Notes: a model not told the origin generated them from the sequence alone. DNA of 64,000 bases from an uncultured Gammaproteobacteria bacterium (GCA_963705725.1 CAVPKM010000013.1:64001-128000); one strand, 5' to 3'. Shown: positions 1 to 10,835, counted from the first letter of the stretch. Made by a program: numbers and translations.

Positions 1-317
1 GTTTGACCAATTGCAACAATATCTAACCGGGTAAATTTCCAGGTGGGAAATCTTTGCAGATAGGCGCTCGCAGTGCGGGTTAATTTTTTTTGTTTAGCTT
101 TATCTATGCTTTCAATCGCGCTTGTATAGTGAAATTTTCGAAAACGAACTTCAACAAAAATGCGTGTTTGATTATCCTCCATAATTAAATCTATTTCTCC
201 AAACGGTGTCCAAAAATTTCTCGTCACACAGCGTAAGCCATTTTTTTGTAAAAACTGGCAAGCAATTTGTTCTGCTTCAAAGCCTTTATTTTGTGTGGGA
301 GAATGAGTTTTTTTCAT
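1..317 (-). CDS. yraN: YraN/UPF0102 family endonuclease-like protein (3' end runs off the window)
   Basis: Manual translation MKKTHSPTQNKGFEAEQIACQFLQKNGLRCVTRNFWTPFGEIDLIMEDNQTRIFVEVRFR has the GEIDLI...FVEV(K/R) motif; divergent from rsmI as usual. Not in the ORF track. Confidence 0.9.
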   Translation of the reverse strand, partial: MKKTHSPTQNKGFEAEQIACQFLQKNGLRCVTRNFWTPFGEIDLIMEDNQTRIFVEVRFRKFHYTSAIESIDKAKQKKLTRTASAYLQRFPTWKFTRLDIVAIGQ

Positions 318-330
318 ATCGAGTCATATT

Positions 331-1167
331 ATGTCACACCTTGCTAAATTATATGTGGTTGCTACCCCAATTGGTAACCTCGAGGATATTACGGTACGGG
401 CTTTATCAGTATTGAAAACTGTCGATCTCATTGCTGCAGAGGATACGAGGCAAAGCAAAAAGCTGCTCATGCACTATGGCATTGAAAAACCTCTTTTTGC
501 CTTGCATGCACATAATGAAGAAAAAGCGGGTTTGCGATTGCTTGAGGCTTTAAAAAAAAATCAAAATGTCGCTTATATCACGGATGCTGGCACCCCCTTG
601 ATTAGTGATCCAGGTGCCAAGTTGGTTCAATTAGTGAGAGCGGAAGGGTTTGATATTATCCCTATTCCTGGCCCTTGCGCAGCGATAACGGCATTAAGTG
701 TCGCGGGATTTGTTCATCCACAATTTTATTTTGAAGGTTTTTTGCCTCATAAACAAACTACACGCATGAAAAAGCTCAATCAGCTTAAGAGCATGAGCGC
801 CACGTTGATTTTTTATGAATCCACTCATCGTATTACGGAAACCCTGCAAGATATGGTCACTATTTTTGGTAATATAGAGGCAGTGGTTGGGAGAGAGTTA
901 ACCAAAAAATTTGAAACCATACTAAGCGGTTCTTTGGAAACTCTACTGGATACCATTTTGTTGAATAACGAGCAACGATTAGGAGAATTTGTAATTTTGT
1001 TGTCGCCTAACCCCCAGCCTTCTGACAAAATGTCCTCAAAGGCAGTGACAGTGCTCACGTTGTTGTTGGCACAGCTTCCTCTTAAAGGGGCGGTCAATAT
1101 TGCCAGTCAGGTGCTAGAAATGAAAAAAAATGATCTTTATGCGCTAGCCATTGAACTATCAAAATGA
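331..1167 (+). CDS. rsmI: 16S rRNA (cytidine1402-2'-O)-methyltransferase
   Basis: LYVVATPIGNLEDIT, AAEDTR, DAGTPLISDPG and RELTKKFE motifs. Confidence 0.97.
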   Translation: MSHLAKLYVVATPIGNLEDITVRALSVLKTVDLIAAEDTRQSKKLLMHYGIEKPLFALHAHNEEKAGLRLLEALKKNQNVAYITDAGTPLISDPGAKLVQLVRAEGFDIIPIPGPCAAITALSVAGFVHPQFYFEGFLPHKQTTRMKKLNQLKSMSATLIFYESTHRITETLQDMVTIFGNIEAVVGRELTKKFETILSGSLETLLDTILLNNEQRLGEFVILLSPNPQPSDKMSSKAVTVLTLLLAQLPLKGAVNIASQVLEMKKNDLYALAIELSK

Positions 1168-1256
1168 GCTAAATTCGCAGGTGAGTGGAGTTAATTAACT
1201 AGATGCTTGTAACAACGTATTAAAATCATTTACCAAGGGTTTGAAAGGAGTCTTTA

Positions 1257-2048
1257 ATGTTTCGATGGATTATTAACTATCTGCCAGTCTGGCTGCTGTT
1301 TATCATAAATTTCTCTATTTATATTATTTTGGTTTTGTTTGGAACCTATTTGTCTCGAGTGATCCTTTCTTCCAAGAAAATCGATACAGATTATAGTCGT
1401 ACCACAGATAGTATTCTTGGAATCTTGGGAGGGGCTTACGGATTTTTTTTAGGTTTTGTCATCGTCACCTTATGGAACACCTTCACCACTGCGCAAAAAA
1501 TCGTGTACCAAGAGGCAGATGCTGTCGGTATACTCGGCAGGAGTTTGACCACATTTCCTGCGTCTTGGCAGATGACAATGGATAATGACATTGATAATTA
1601 CATTCGTACGGTTAGAGTTAATGAGTGGGAAGCCATGCGAAATGGAAAATCTAGTCCATTAGCTTGGAACGCGATTAATCAACTGTATTTTCATTTGCAT
1701 CAATACACTCCAGCGAGTCCAAAGGAGACTTTATATTATTTGCAAGTCGTTAATAATCTAAATGATTTGTTAAAAAAACGCCGAGATCGGTTGTTCTATC
1801 GAAATAGTATATTAGATAATTCATTACGTACTGCCTTGATTCTTGGTGCCGCTGTTATCGCTTTTATGACTGGATTATTAAAAGGGCAAGGACAGCAAGG
1901 CGCGATGCGCTTTTTGACAATTTCAACCTTCGGCTTGGTCATCGTATTTAACTTAACGCTTGCGCTAAACTTTGACTATCCTTTTTCGGGCAAGATAGCT
2001 GTGAGCAACGCCCCCTTTTACCAAGGAGTATTGCAAGCTTTTTATTAG
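1257..2048 (+). CDS. DUF4239/bestrophin-like membrane protein
   Basis: Four hydrophobic segments; YGFFLGFVIVTLW, VYQEA, VRVNEWEAM and C-terminal DYPFSGKIAVSNAPF patterns typical of DUF4239. Confidence 0.75.
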   Translation: MFRWIINYLPVWLLFIINFSIYIILVLFGTYLSRVILSSKKIDTDYSRTTDSILGILGGAYGFFLGFVIVTLWNTFTTAQKIVYQEADAVGILGRSLTTFPASWQMTMDNDIDNYIRTVRVNEWEAMRNGKSSPLAWNAINQLYFHLHQYTPASPKETLYYLQVVNNLNDLLKKRRDRLFYRNSILDNSLRTALILGAAVIAFMTGLLKGQGQQGAMRFLTISTFGLVIVFNLTLALNFDYPFSGKIAVSNAPFYQGVLQAFY

Positions 2049-2099
2049 CAAGCACTTTGTTGGTGAAAGCTGGGTGGGTTTTGTTTATACTTGGGGGTT

Positions 2100-2436
2100 G
2101 GAGTGAGCTAGGCAGTCGCTGCTTGCAAGCAGAGGAAAGTCCGGGCTCCATAGAGCAAGATGCCAGGTAACGCCTGGGAAGTGTGAACTTACGGAAAGTG
2201 CCACAGAAAATATACCGCCATTTTTGGTAAGGGTGAAAAGGTGCGGTAAGAGCGCACCGCGCTGATGGCAACATCAGTGGCAGGGCAAACCCCATTTGGA
2301 GCAAGACCAAGTAGAGATCCAGCTTTGCAAAACGCTGCTCGCGTTTGGATTTGGGTAGGTCGCACGAGGTATGTGGTGACACATATCCCAGATAAATGAC
2401 TGTCCACGACAGAACCCGGCTTATCGGCTCGCTCCA
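2100..2436 (+). ncRNA. rnpB: RNase P RNA (bacterial type A)
   Basis: GAGGAAAGTCCGGGCTC, GAAAGTGCCACAGAAAA, GGTGCGGTAAGAGCGCACCG and ACAGAACCCGGCTTA signatures; ends GGAGTGAGC and GCTCGCTCC pair as P1. Confidence 0.98.
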
Positions 2437-2445
2437 TTTATTATC

Positions 2446-2473
2446 GAGCGAATTGCAACCCGCTCTAATTTTT
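2446..2473 (+). terminator. Possible terminator hairpin after rnpB
   Basis: GAGCG-aattgcaacc-CGCTC followed by taattttt. Confidence 0.4.
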
Positions 2474-2591
2474 CTGGATAGGTCGCAGGGATCTTCTCAT
2501 GGGGTGCTGCTTGCTGGCATTTAGTAAATAAAAGGTTCTTTATTGACATCCAAGCTTTAAGTAGGCTTTTAACCTAATTTCTAGAGCCCTA

Positions 2592-2994
2592 TCAAATTTC
2601 AGCTGGTGGCTCCAGTTTATTTTCTTCAAAATAAATTTGCTCGGTCTCTTTATTAAATAATTCAACTGCTTTTGGGTCTTGATTTTCCAGGTCTTCAAAA
2701 AAAATTATCATAATTCCAGCTTGAAGGCAAAATCATTACTTTGCGACCATAAGGTTCATTAAGCACAGTGACCCAGGATGAAGGAATTTTCTGATCAATA
2801 AACTCAAATCCTTTCACACTAAAAAAAGCTAGTTCATTTCGATCTTCTGTTTGTATGTAAATATCAAATCCTAAATTTTCGACATAACTTATTGCTAAAA
2901 AAATATATTCTTTTCCTCGTCTTAACCAAGGACTTATATTCCCTAAATTTTCACCTGTCGTATGGCTAATAATATTTCTACATAAAACTTTCAC
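2592..2994 (-). pseudogene. Putative polymorphic-toxin immunity protein, frameshifted in a homopolymer run near 2697-2704
   Basis: ORF MKVLCRNIIS...SPWLRRGKEY...KIPSSW...YDNFF; removing one base restores EDLENQDPKAVELFNKETEQIYFEENKLEPPAEI* ending at 2592. Family call from recalled motif resemblance. Confidence 0.55.
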
Positions 2995-3146
2995 ATTAAA
3001 ATCTCAATAGAATTTGTTATAGGGCGGAATACAAATAGGTTCCGACTCTAGAATTTGTGGGAAAAGATTAACTGGATTTTTAACTTTTGATAAAAAGTGG
3101 CCTGGACAATAGGAAGTACTGTAGTATTCAGTTAATTTTTAGGCCA

Positions 3147-3215
3147 TGTCAATCAGCACCCTAAAGGGTCCATACTATTGCGGTTCGATTGGCTACTTTG
3201 GGGTGCTGATTAACA
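3147..3215. repeat. 20-bp inverted repeat with 29-nt spacer
   Basis: TGTCAATCAGCACCCTAAAG (3147-3166) vs CTTTGGGGTGCTGATTAACA (3196-3215), 18/20 complementary. Confidence 0.8.
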
Positions 3216-3797
3216 AGCTTTACCTTCTCCTCAGAGGAATGGATGCTCCCATCTAGAGTTTCAAAAAAAGCATGAGTTGAGCTGTTTGGCCAGCTTTTAT
3301 TTTTTTGAACCTGGAGTAGAAGATGTAGCATAAAAACATGCCGTTAGGCTTTTAATTTTCATGCAGAGTTAACGACCAAAGAAGCAGCTGGCATATTACA
3401 TAAATAATTTCAAAAAAATGTTTCCCTATTTTCAATCCTCTGCGGATTTCCTGCGGCAACATCGTTAGCGAGCTCTGCCTTGGTGCTGTTTTCTACTCAA
3501 TATTAACTGCCGACGTCGTGGGTACAGCAGAGAGACCTATCAAACGACGAAAACGAAACTGGCAAAAATAACTTGGCTATCATCACGTGATTTACGAAAG
3601 CGATTTAATTGCTTAATGCATTATATCAATGAGAAATCATTAGAGACTGTTTCCACGAGTTGGATAGGAAAAAGCTGTGGCAATAGCCGGAAACAGAATG
3701 CAGCAAAAAGTCACAGCGCTCCCGCTAAAAATTTATCTCTTTTTATTACTTTATGCTATATTAAAATAATAATTAACTTTTTTGGCTTGGAGTTGGA

Positions 3798-4892
3798 ATG
3801 CATACAAGTAATGAGGCGACTTATGAGTTATTGGCTATTAAATCGTTCGAACGCTATAAAAAGAATGATAATTTTTATTTTTATAATGACGGACTTAATG
3901 GAATAACGGATTGGAAATTGCACATATCTGTTAGGTCTTCAGATATAGCAAAAGCATATAATCTTATTCATCATTTATTAGAAGAGAATTTCCATACCTT
4001 TAAGGTTATTTCTGATGATTATCCAGAAGAACAGCGCCATTATCGAGGAGCTCAATTTACCTTAGCATTATCTCAAGGCCACCAAGATAATGTAGATGAC
4101 TTGCAAGTTCTTCTTAAAAAGATAGAGTTACTATTAATAGATAACAATATCGAGCCTGGTTTTATACCTGAGTCTGATGCCAAGCTATTAGAAAAAAATT
4201 TTTTTTCATTGCGCTATGATGGCTCAAAAATTTTTGAACGAGAATTAGAAGAACATGAATATTATCTATCTGCTAATACGGTAGGTAAAAATTATAATCC
4301 GCTAAATAGTTTTAATCCTTATAATATTTTATTACATCGTCAAGATGACGCTTTCGATTTAATTAGACATTTCGAAAAGTTTGAAGTGCGCTCTTTATAT
4401 TGTTTGAGTGAAGCAATTGGATTCTCATGCCTTGCATTTTTACAGAACCAAGGAGAATCTACAATTAATAATATCAAGAAAAATGCGAAAAGAATCGAAA
4501 ATTGTACTACCTCAGAAGATTTTTTAGAGGCAGTTTCATCTTTAGACGAGAAAAATACTTTTGCATATCTTTTTTTGCAGACATTTTTTGGTATGCCTAA
4601 TTTAGCTACTCTAAATATGCTTAGAGAAATCAGTCTTCAAGATTTTTATCCTAAAGATGATGAAATTGGTCAGTTACTTCGAAAAGTTGATCAAATTAAA
4701 ATGGGTCTCCCATTCTTTGATAAAAATCATTCTCAACCTTGTTTGGCCGGTCCTGGGACCCGTTTTTTTCTCTATTTTGACAAACCTTGTCGTACAAGCT
4801 TCGATCTGTTAAACGAAGGTTCGTTAATGATAAATCAGTTATTAGAAATGAAAAATCAATTGGATCCTGGTATTACCAGGCCGAAAATTTAG
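3798..4892 (+). CDS. OspF/SpvC-like phosphothreonine lyase domain protein, candidate secreted effector
   Basis: WKLHISV, FKVIS, QRHYRGAQFTL, IEPGFIPESD and FSLRYD align in order with OspF/SpvC DKFHIS, WK(I/V)T, R..GAQFTLY, PG.YP.SD and VSYRNE. Confidence 0.75.
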   Translation: MHTSNEATYELLAIKSFERYKKNDNFYFYNDGLNGITDWKLHISVRSSDIAKAYNLIHHLLEENFHTFKVISDDYPEEQRHYRGAQFTLALSQGHQDNVDDLQVLLKKIELLLIDNNIEPGFIPESDAKLLEKNFFSLRYDGSKIFERELEEHEYYLSANTVGKNYNPLNSFNPYNILLHRQDDAFDLIRHFEKFEVRSLYCLSEAIGFSCLAFLQNQGESTINNIKKNAKRIENCTTSEDFLEAVSSLDEKNTFAYLFLQTFFGMPNLATLNMLREISLQDFYPKDDEIGQLLRKVDQIKMGLPFFDKNHSQPCLAGPGTRFFLYFDKPCRTSFDLLNEGSLMINQLLEMKNQLDPGITRPKI

Positions 4893-4923
4893 TCATTGAG
4901 TATCCGCTAATTAATCAGCCCTT

Positions 4924-6401
<1,478 letters not shown>

Positions 6402-6543
6402 GGAGACATGATACTATAATTTTCCACTATGCCTCACTGTTTTATGCATATTGATAATAATTTATTTCAGAAAAATGGCGCATGAGTGAGAAATCTAAAC
6501 CTGCCAATAAACCGTGAAGCTGAGTTTGTGAAATTTCTAGTTT

Positions 6544-8059
6544 GGTAGCGTAAATAATTTTGTGTAAGCAGGTTGAGTCAGCAGATTTTTTGCTACCGAA
6601 TTCCAGATAGCGAAATTAAAATAACAAAAATTTTTTAAATAAACAAATAAAATTATTGTGCCTGTGGGTATGTGCGCAATACTGACGAGTGCAACAGTCA
6701 GTTTGTGCATATATCCACAGGCGATCGAAGGCACAAAATTTTAAATCAGTTCTTAAACTAAATCGCTCCTTTTAGCCTGTCTTCGAACAGGATCATAAAA
6801 CGATTCATGGCATCACCCCAATTTCGTATTGGCATTGTCCATTTTTTTGAAATATTTTTAAGCGCTAAATATAGCTGCTTCAAAGCCGCATCATCCGAAG
6901 GAAAAACGCGCTTACTTTTAATAACCTTCCGAAGGCTCATATTCACGGATTCAACTGCATTCGTAGTATAAATCGCGCGACGAATTTCAGAAGAGTAGCC
7001 AAAAAAAGGCGTGACATTTTCCCAGTGAGTCAGCCAACTTTTACTGATAGAAGGGTAATGCTCGTCCCACTTCTCGGAAAAAGTAGCGAGACATAATTCG
7101 GCTTCATCGAGTGTCTTTGCGCCATAAATCGTTTTTAAATCCGCCGCCACTTGCTTACGGCTTTTCCAAGGAACATAGCGTAGTGAATTTCGAATCATAT
7201 GAACAATGCAAAGTTGAACCTGGGTCTTGGGAAATACCGTTGAAATGGCATCAGGAAAGCCCGTAAGGCCATCAACGCAAGCAATCAAAATATCTCCCAC
7301 ACCACGATGCTGCAATTCAGATAACACATTGAGCCAAAATTTTGAACTTTCCGTTTGGCTAATCCAAATTCCCAGTAATTCTTTTTGCCCTTCAAGATCT
7401 ACACCCAAAGCAAGATAAAAGGCTTTGTTAATCACTCGCTTATCTTCTTTAACTTTGATCATTAAGGCATCAAAGTAAACAATGGGATAAAGTTTATCCA
7501 AGGGACGACACTGCCAAGTTTTCACTTCCTCAATGACTTCGTTGGTCACATTGGAAATGAAAGTAGGAGAGACTTCTACCCCATAGAGCTCTTGCAATTG
7601 CCCCTGTATATCACGTGTCGTCATCCCTCTCGCATAAAGGCTGATGATTTTGTCATCAAACCCTTCAAAACGCGTTTGGTTCTTAGCAACAATCTGGGGA
7701 GAAAAATCTGCATTTCGATCTCTCGGTACCTGGATAGTAAATTCGCCATTTTCGCCCTTTAAAGTTTTTTCTGAATATCCATTTCGAGAATTGCCGCTAT
7801 TCTTACCTTTAGCCTCATTTTTCTCGTAGCCCAAGTGGCTGCTCATCTCTCCTTGCATGGCCCTTTCCAAAAGTGCCTTCGTCAAGTTTTTCAGAAGACC
7901 TCCTTCGCCAAACATATCTTCTTGGGTTTTGCAGTCCTTAATCAAATTATCTATCATTTGCGGATCAAATGAAGTGAGTTTTGTCGCCATAGTCAGTACT
8001 CCTTGTTTCAGTTAGTTTATACTGACTAAATCCAGTTACACAAAAAATTTTATAGCCTC
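6544..8059 (-). mobile_element. Apparently complete IS256-family element with 8-bp target site duplication
   Basis: Terminal IRs GGTAGCGTAAATAATTTTGTGTAA (6544) and GAGGCTATAAAATTTTTTGTGTAA (reverse complement, ending 8059); TCTAGTTT duplicated at 6536-6543 and 8060-8067. Confidence 0.93.
6758..7990 (-). CDS. IS256 family (Mutator-type) transposase
   Basis: NSRNGY, VPRDRN, LYARGMTTRDI, YFDAL, CVDGLTGF, QLCIVHMIRN and IYTTNAVES motifs. Confidence 0.97.
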   Translation of the reverse strand: MATKLTSFDPQMIDNLIKDCKTQEDMFGEGGLLKNLTKALLERAMQGEMSSHLGYEKNEAKGKNSGNSRNGYSEKTLKGENGEFTIQVPRDRNADFSPQIVAKNQTRFEGFDDKIISLYARGMTTRDIQGQLQELYGVEVSPTFISNVTNEVIEEVKTWQCRPLDKLYPIVYFDALMIKVKEDKRVINKAFYLALGVDLEGQKELLGIWISQTESSKFWLNVLSELQHRGVGDILIACVDGLTGFPDAISTVFPKTQVQLCIVHMIRNSLRYVPWKSRKQVAADLKTIYGAKTLDEAELCLATFSEKWDEHYPSISKSWLTHWENVTPFFGYSSEIRRAIYTTNAVESVNMSLRKVIKSKRVFPSDDAALKQLYLALKNISKKWTMPIRNWGDAMNRFMILFEDRLKGAI

Positions 8060-8115
8060 TCTAGTTTATCAATTCCACTTAATTTTGGCAGAACAAAGCG
8101 TCCTTTGTTTAAACC

Positions 8116-8178
8116 GCGCAGAACATCTGCTGTGCTTCCACTACCTACACTCGCATTGGGACGATATAGGTTATTAAT
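8116..8178 (-). pseudogene. Fragment of a polymorphic toxin C-terminal domain
   Basis: Minus-strand INNLYRPNASVGSGSTADVLR resembles the LYRP.A.IG.GSTADA.R motif recalled from CdiA/MafB-type toxin tips; truncated by the IS66 remnant. Confidence 0.55.
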
Positions 8179-8229
8179 AAATCCTTATTTTTTCTAAAAA
8201 TTTTTAATGCAGAGTGCGAGCAGTTACCT

Positions 8230-8520
8230 TTAATCAATTGGAATAATTAATTTTATTTCATCTTTAATTAGGTTTTTTTTCAAAACATTTATAATGTCAG
8301 AATCAGTTCTAATGGCCCTTTCTTTTTGTCCATTCCTGCATCCGGAAAACCTATCTTCACCAATTATTGATAATTCTTTAGCCTTTTCCCCATTGATATA
8401 TAGATCTGCTTTGCATTTCAAAATGAAAGTTTGAATGTCTGGTATAATAATTCCAGTTAAGACTATATGTCCTGAAGATAATTGAAAGAAATTGTTTACA
8501 ATCATTTCACAAGTTTGCAT
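8230..8520 (-). CDS. Putative immunity protein
   Basis: 96-aa ORF directly downstream of the toxin-tip remnant at 8533-8820, same strand. Confidence 0.55.
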   Translation of the reverse strand: MQTCEMIVNNFFQLSSGHIVLTGIIIPDIQTFILKCKADLYINGEKAKELSIIGEDRFSGCRNGQKERAIRTDSDIINVLKKNLIKDEIKLIIPID

Positions 8521-8532
8521 TTCATTGTCACC

Positions 8533-8820
8533 TTATTTTTGCATTATTTTTAATCGTTCAATCTCTTCAAACTTAAGTTGTTCCAGAAGTTCTAAATCAG
8601 CAGAATTATCTAATCCTAAAAGTCTTGCATGTCTTATCATAAAATCTTTAACATGCACTTCAGCCCTTGTGGAGTTAACTTTTCAATTCTCCAATCTATA
8701 CTGAGTTCCATGTAAAAATTCTTCGAGCAAAGTTGATTTACTTGCATCTTCTTTAATTAATATATGATTAGGGGTGGCTGTATTTGTGCTTCCCTCGGCA
8801 TTCATATATTCTTGGTATTG
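8533..8820 (-). pseudogene. Polymorphic toxin tip remnant with EExxH motif
   Basis: Manual translation ...NHILIKEDASKSTLLEEFLHGTQYRLEN*KVNSTRAEVHVKDFMIRHARLLGLDNSADLELLEQLKFEEIERLKIMQK*; internal stop. Confidence 0.6.
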
Positions 8821-8824
8821 GCGC

Positions 8825-8980
8825 TAAGCTCTCACATCGGCTTTCCGATTCACTGGCTCTGGTAAAATCGTTAAGTGGTCGATTGCGCCTTTTAATTGAT
8901 TGGTTTCAAGGTTTGCGCCATCGAGTGTCGTCTCTTTGGTGTGAAGGGTGGTGATGCCCCCCACTTGAACTAGGTTATTC
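8825..8980 (-). pseudogene. Hemagglutinin-repeat-like fragment upstream of the toxin tip
   Basis: NNLVQVGGITTLHTKETTLDGANLETNQLKGAIDHLTI, beta-helix-like composition, no start context. Confidence 0.35.
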
Positions 8981-9035
8981 ACTTGGGTGGTACTGCAGGA
9001 GGTTTGATGATCCTAAGACGCGCCTACGCTACCTA

Positions 9036-9317
9036 TTATTCAACTACAACTCCTATATTTTGGAATTCCATAGCTTCAGTAAAATTTATTAAAATTTCTT
9101 CCTGCTTTTCTTTAGATACCAGTGTTCCATCATCCCATTTTACGAATGCATTAGGGCTAACTATTTCACAAAATCTACCGTCAGATAAACGCCCATTATC
9201 AACTTCAATGGATAGGCATTTATTTCCTTCTCGATATTCAATTGTAAATCGTCCAACTGATTGAACTATAAATCCTTTACTACTTTTTACACCTTGCTTA
9301 TTTATCCATGTAAACAT
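9036..9317 (-). CDS. Imm74-like immunity protein
   Basis: MFTWINKQGVKSSKGFIVQSVGRFTIEYREG...KWDDG...KQEEILINFTEAMEFQNIGVVVE resembles the Imm74 pattern. Confidence 0.6.
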   Translation of the reverse strand: MFTWINKQGVKSSKGFIVQSVGRFTIEYREGNKCLSIEVDNGRLSDGRFCEIVSPNAFVKWDDGTLVSKEKQEEILINFTEAMEFQNIGVVVE

Positions 9318-9339
9318 TTTTAACACTTTTAACACTTAT

Positions 9340-9520
9340 TCCTAATCTTCTAGCTGACTTCTGCTTGACTATAATCTTGTTCTATTACTAATTTTACTGC
9401 TTCTTTTTTAAATTCTTGTGTATGTTTACTCTTCTTTTTGCTCATATTGACACCTCAAATTAAGTTAATATATTTTACTTTATTTCTCTTGATTTTGTGT
9501 ATTTTAATTAGACCACATCA
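9340..9520 (-). mobile_element. IS3-family left-end remnant
   Basis: Minus strand begins TGATGTGGTCT (IS3-type TG end), then RBS GAGGTG and OrfA start MSKKKSKHTQEFKKEAVKLVIEQDYSQAEVS*. Confidence 0.75.
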
Positions 9521-9668
9521 GACCTTAACCGTGCTTTCAAAGCCAAGGTCCGCTAATATCACATTACTGCCACCGCTTTGAATCCAGGACGCCTTATTCT
9601 CTACCTTGCCTGTCGTATGAAGGTAACAGCCGATGCCTTCATGATCCTTGCCGTCTCCGCCTGGTAAT
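9521..9668 (-). pseudogene. Gene fragment, possibly hemagglutinin-repeat stalk
   Basis: Open frame LPGGDGKDHEGIGCYLHTTGKVENKASWIQSGGSNVILADLGFESTVKV, visibly GC-richer than flanks and cut by the IS3 end. Confidence 0.3.
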
Positions 9669-9724
9669 CACACTTTTACACTTTAGTCTTATGTAACAGT
9701 TCGCTTCATTAACAAAATTATTTT

Positions 9725-9985
9725 TTAAGAATTCCAATAGGTTTTATCAGGATACTCGCCTTTTTTCCAATGTCGCATCAATGCCCATGCAGCACATTTT
9801 GCACGTGCTCCACTATCACCTGAGGCAAGTTGCACGGTATAAACAGCACCGCTTTCTTTGCTGATTTTTATCGATCCCATGCATGTTTTTAATTTTTTTT
9901 CATTATCAAGGCTGAGAAATTGATAATTGTAATGGACAAAACTAAGATCTTCTTTAGTCTTTACTATTTCAATATTCATTCCCAT
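9725..9985 (-). CDS. Putative immunity protein
   Basis: 86 aa ending ALMRHWKKGEYPDKTYWNS; starts 1 nt after the stop of the upstream toxin tip. Confidence 0.6.
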   Translation of the reverse strand: MGMNIEIVKTKEDLSFVHYNYQFLSLDNEKKLKTCMGSIKISKESGAVYTVQLASGDSGARAKCAAWALMRHWKKGEYPDKTYWNS

Positions 9986-9986
9986 T

Positions 9987-10230
9987 TTACGGTCTCCAAC
10001 TTATTTCAGGTGTTGTTATAAATTCATCAGGATCCCAATCTCTGTCTGATAAAACCGCGGCTTTACGAGCCCTGTTGTAATCTGTTCGATATAATGCTTC
10101 AAATCTAGCCTCAAAATACTCGTGATAAATTAAAGAAATATCTTGTTTCACAAAACAGTTAGACCGCAATCTTTCCCAAGAATCAGCGATTTCAATATAA
10201 GGATCAAACCTACCAACCTTCCCATCACTT
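9987..10230 (-). pseudogene. Orphan polymorphic toxin C-terminal domain (HE-motif type)
   Basis: GRFDPYIEIADSWERL...DISLIYHEYFEARFEALYRTDY resembles the RFDPD..IA.AWQRL...LL.HE..E toxin-tip pattern; the first ~50 codons of ORF 9987-10382 look unrelated. Confidence 0.6.
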
Positions 10231-10359
10231 AAAAAAGAGATTTTTATGCCTTGTTTTTGGCAAAAGGCTATCGTCGTGAATGCCAAGAATTTAATGCCTG
10301 AATTTATCTGTATCCCCGACAAAACCTTCTGTATATGATTTAGAAGTAATGTGTAACTA

Positions 10360-10392
10360 CTTAAGGATAAGCTAATCTCCACTCCTTAAAAT
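10360..10392 (+). promoter_or_regulatory. PmrA-like box plus -10 element
   Basis: CTTAA-gg-aT-aa-gcTAA, 11 nt, TAAAAT; compare Legionella/Coxiella consensus cTTAA-N2-TT-N2-cTTAA upstream of the -10. Confidence 0.6.
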
Positions 10393-10427
10393 GGAGCCTA
10401 ATTTAAATTTTACTACGAGAGGTGTTT

Positions 10428-10760
10428 ATGATTGAAGCCAATGAGAACGATCCATTGAATGAGAGGAGCGATAATTCCTATTGTCTTCAGCAGTTCATCG
10501 TGGCATCAATAGGACTTGGAACATTCGCAGGTGGGGCTGCTGGCGGGATAGCTGCAGAAATTGTCAGCTCAGCATATACATATGCTGCAATATGGGGAGG
10601 TGTTGGAGTGGGCTTCGGGGTTGGAATGGCGTGCTCTTTAGGGGCTTGCTTTTACAAAAATCCTCCTTCTTGCGCATTTTTCAAATCTGAAACTCCCTCT
10701 GCTCCTAATCAAGAAGAAAATATTTTCAATCCTGTCAGTCTTCCAGGACAAGACCTATAA
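10428..10760 (+). CDS. Small Gly-rich hairpin membrane protein, paralog A (candidate effector)
   Basis: RBS GAGGTG; two GxxxG-rich hydrophobic segments; C-terminal tail nearly identical to 11664-12014. Confidence 0.75.
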   Translation: MIEANENDPLNERSDNSYCLQQFIVASIGLGTFAGGAAGGIAAEIVSSAYTYAAIWGGVGVGFGVGMACSLGACFYKNPPSCAFFKSETPSAPNQEENIFNPVSLPGQDL

Positions 10761-10835
10761 AGTTGATTTTTATTTCCCTTCGATAAGAAGTCAAGATGTA
10801 GAAAACTATGAGCTTTAAATGATTTAAAGCTCATA
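10656..10835 (+). repeat. Direct repeat copy 1 (3' end of paralog A, trailer and palindrome)
   Basis: Near-identical to 11907-12092 from AAAAATCCTCCTTCTTGCGC to TTTAAAGCTCATA. Confidence 0.93.

Noticed and set aside
1948-2437. Minus-strand ORFs of 144 aa and 82 aa
   Set aside because: Antisense shadows of the RNase P RNA gene
3560-3640. DLRKRFNCL resembling the IS66 TnpB DMRK motif
   Set aside because: Too short, flanking residues do not fit, and it is on the opposite strand from the IS66 remnant
3730-3762. Possible PmrA box upstream of the lyase gene
   Set aside because: Half-sites are too degenerate and the spacing to the -10 does not match the other four
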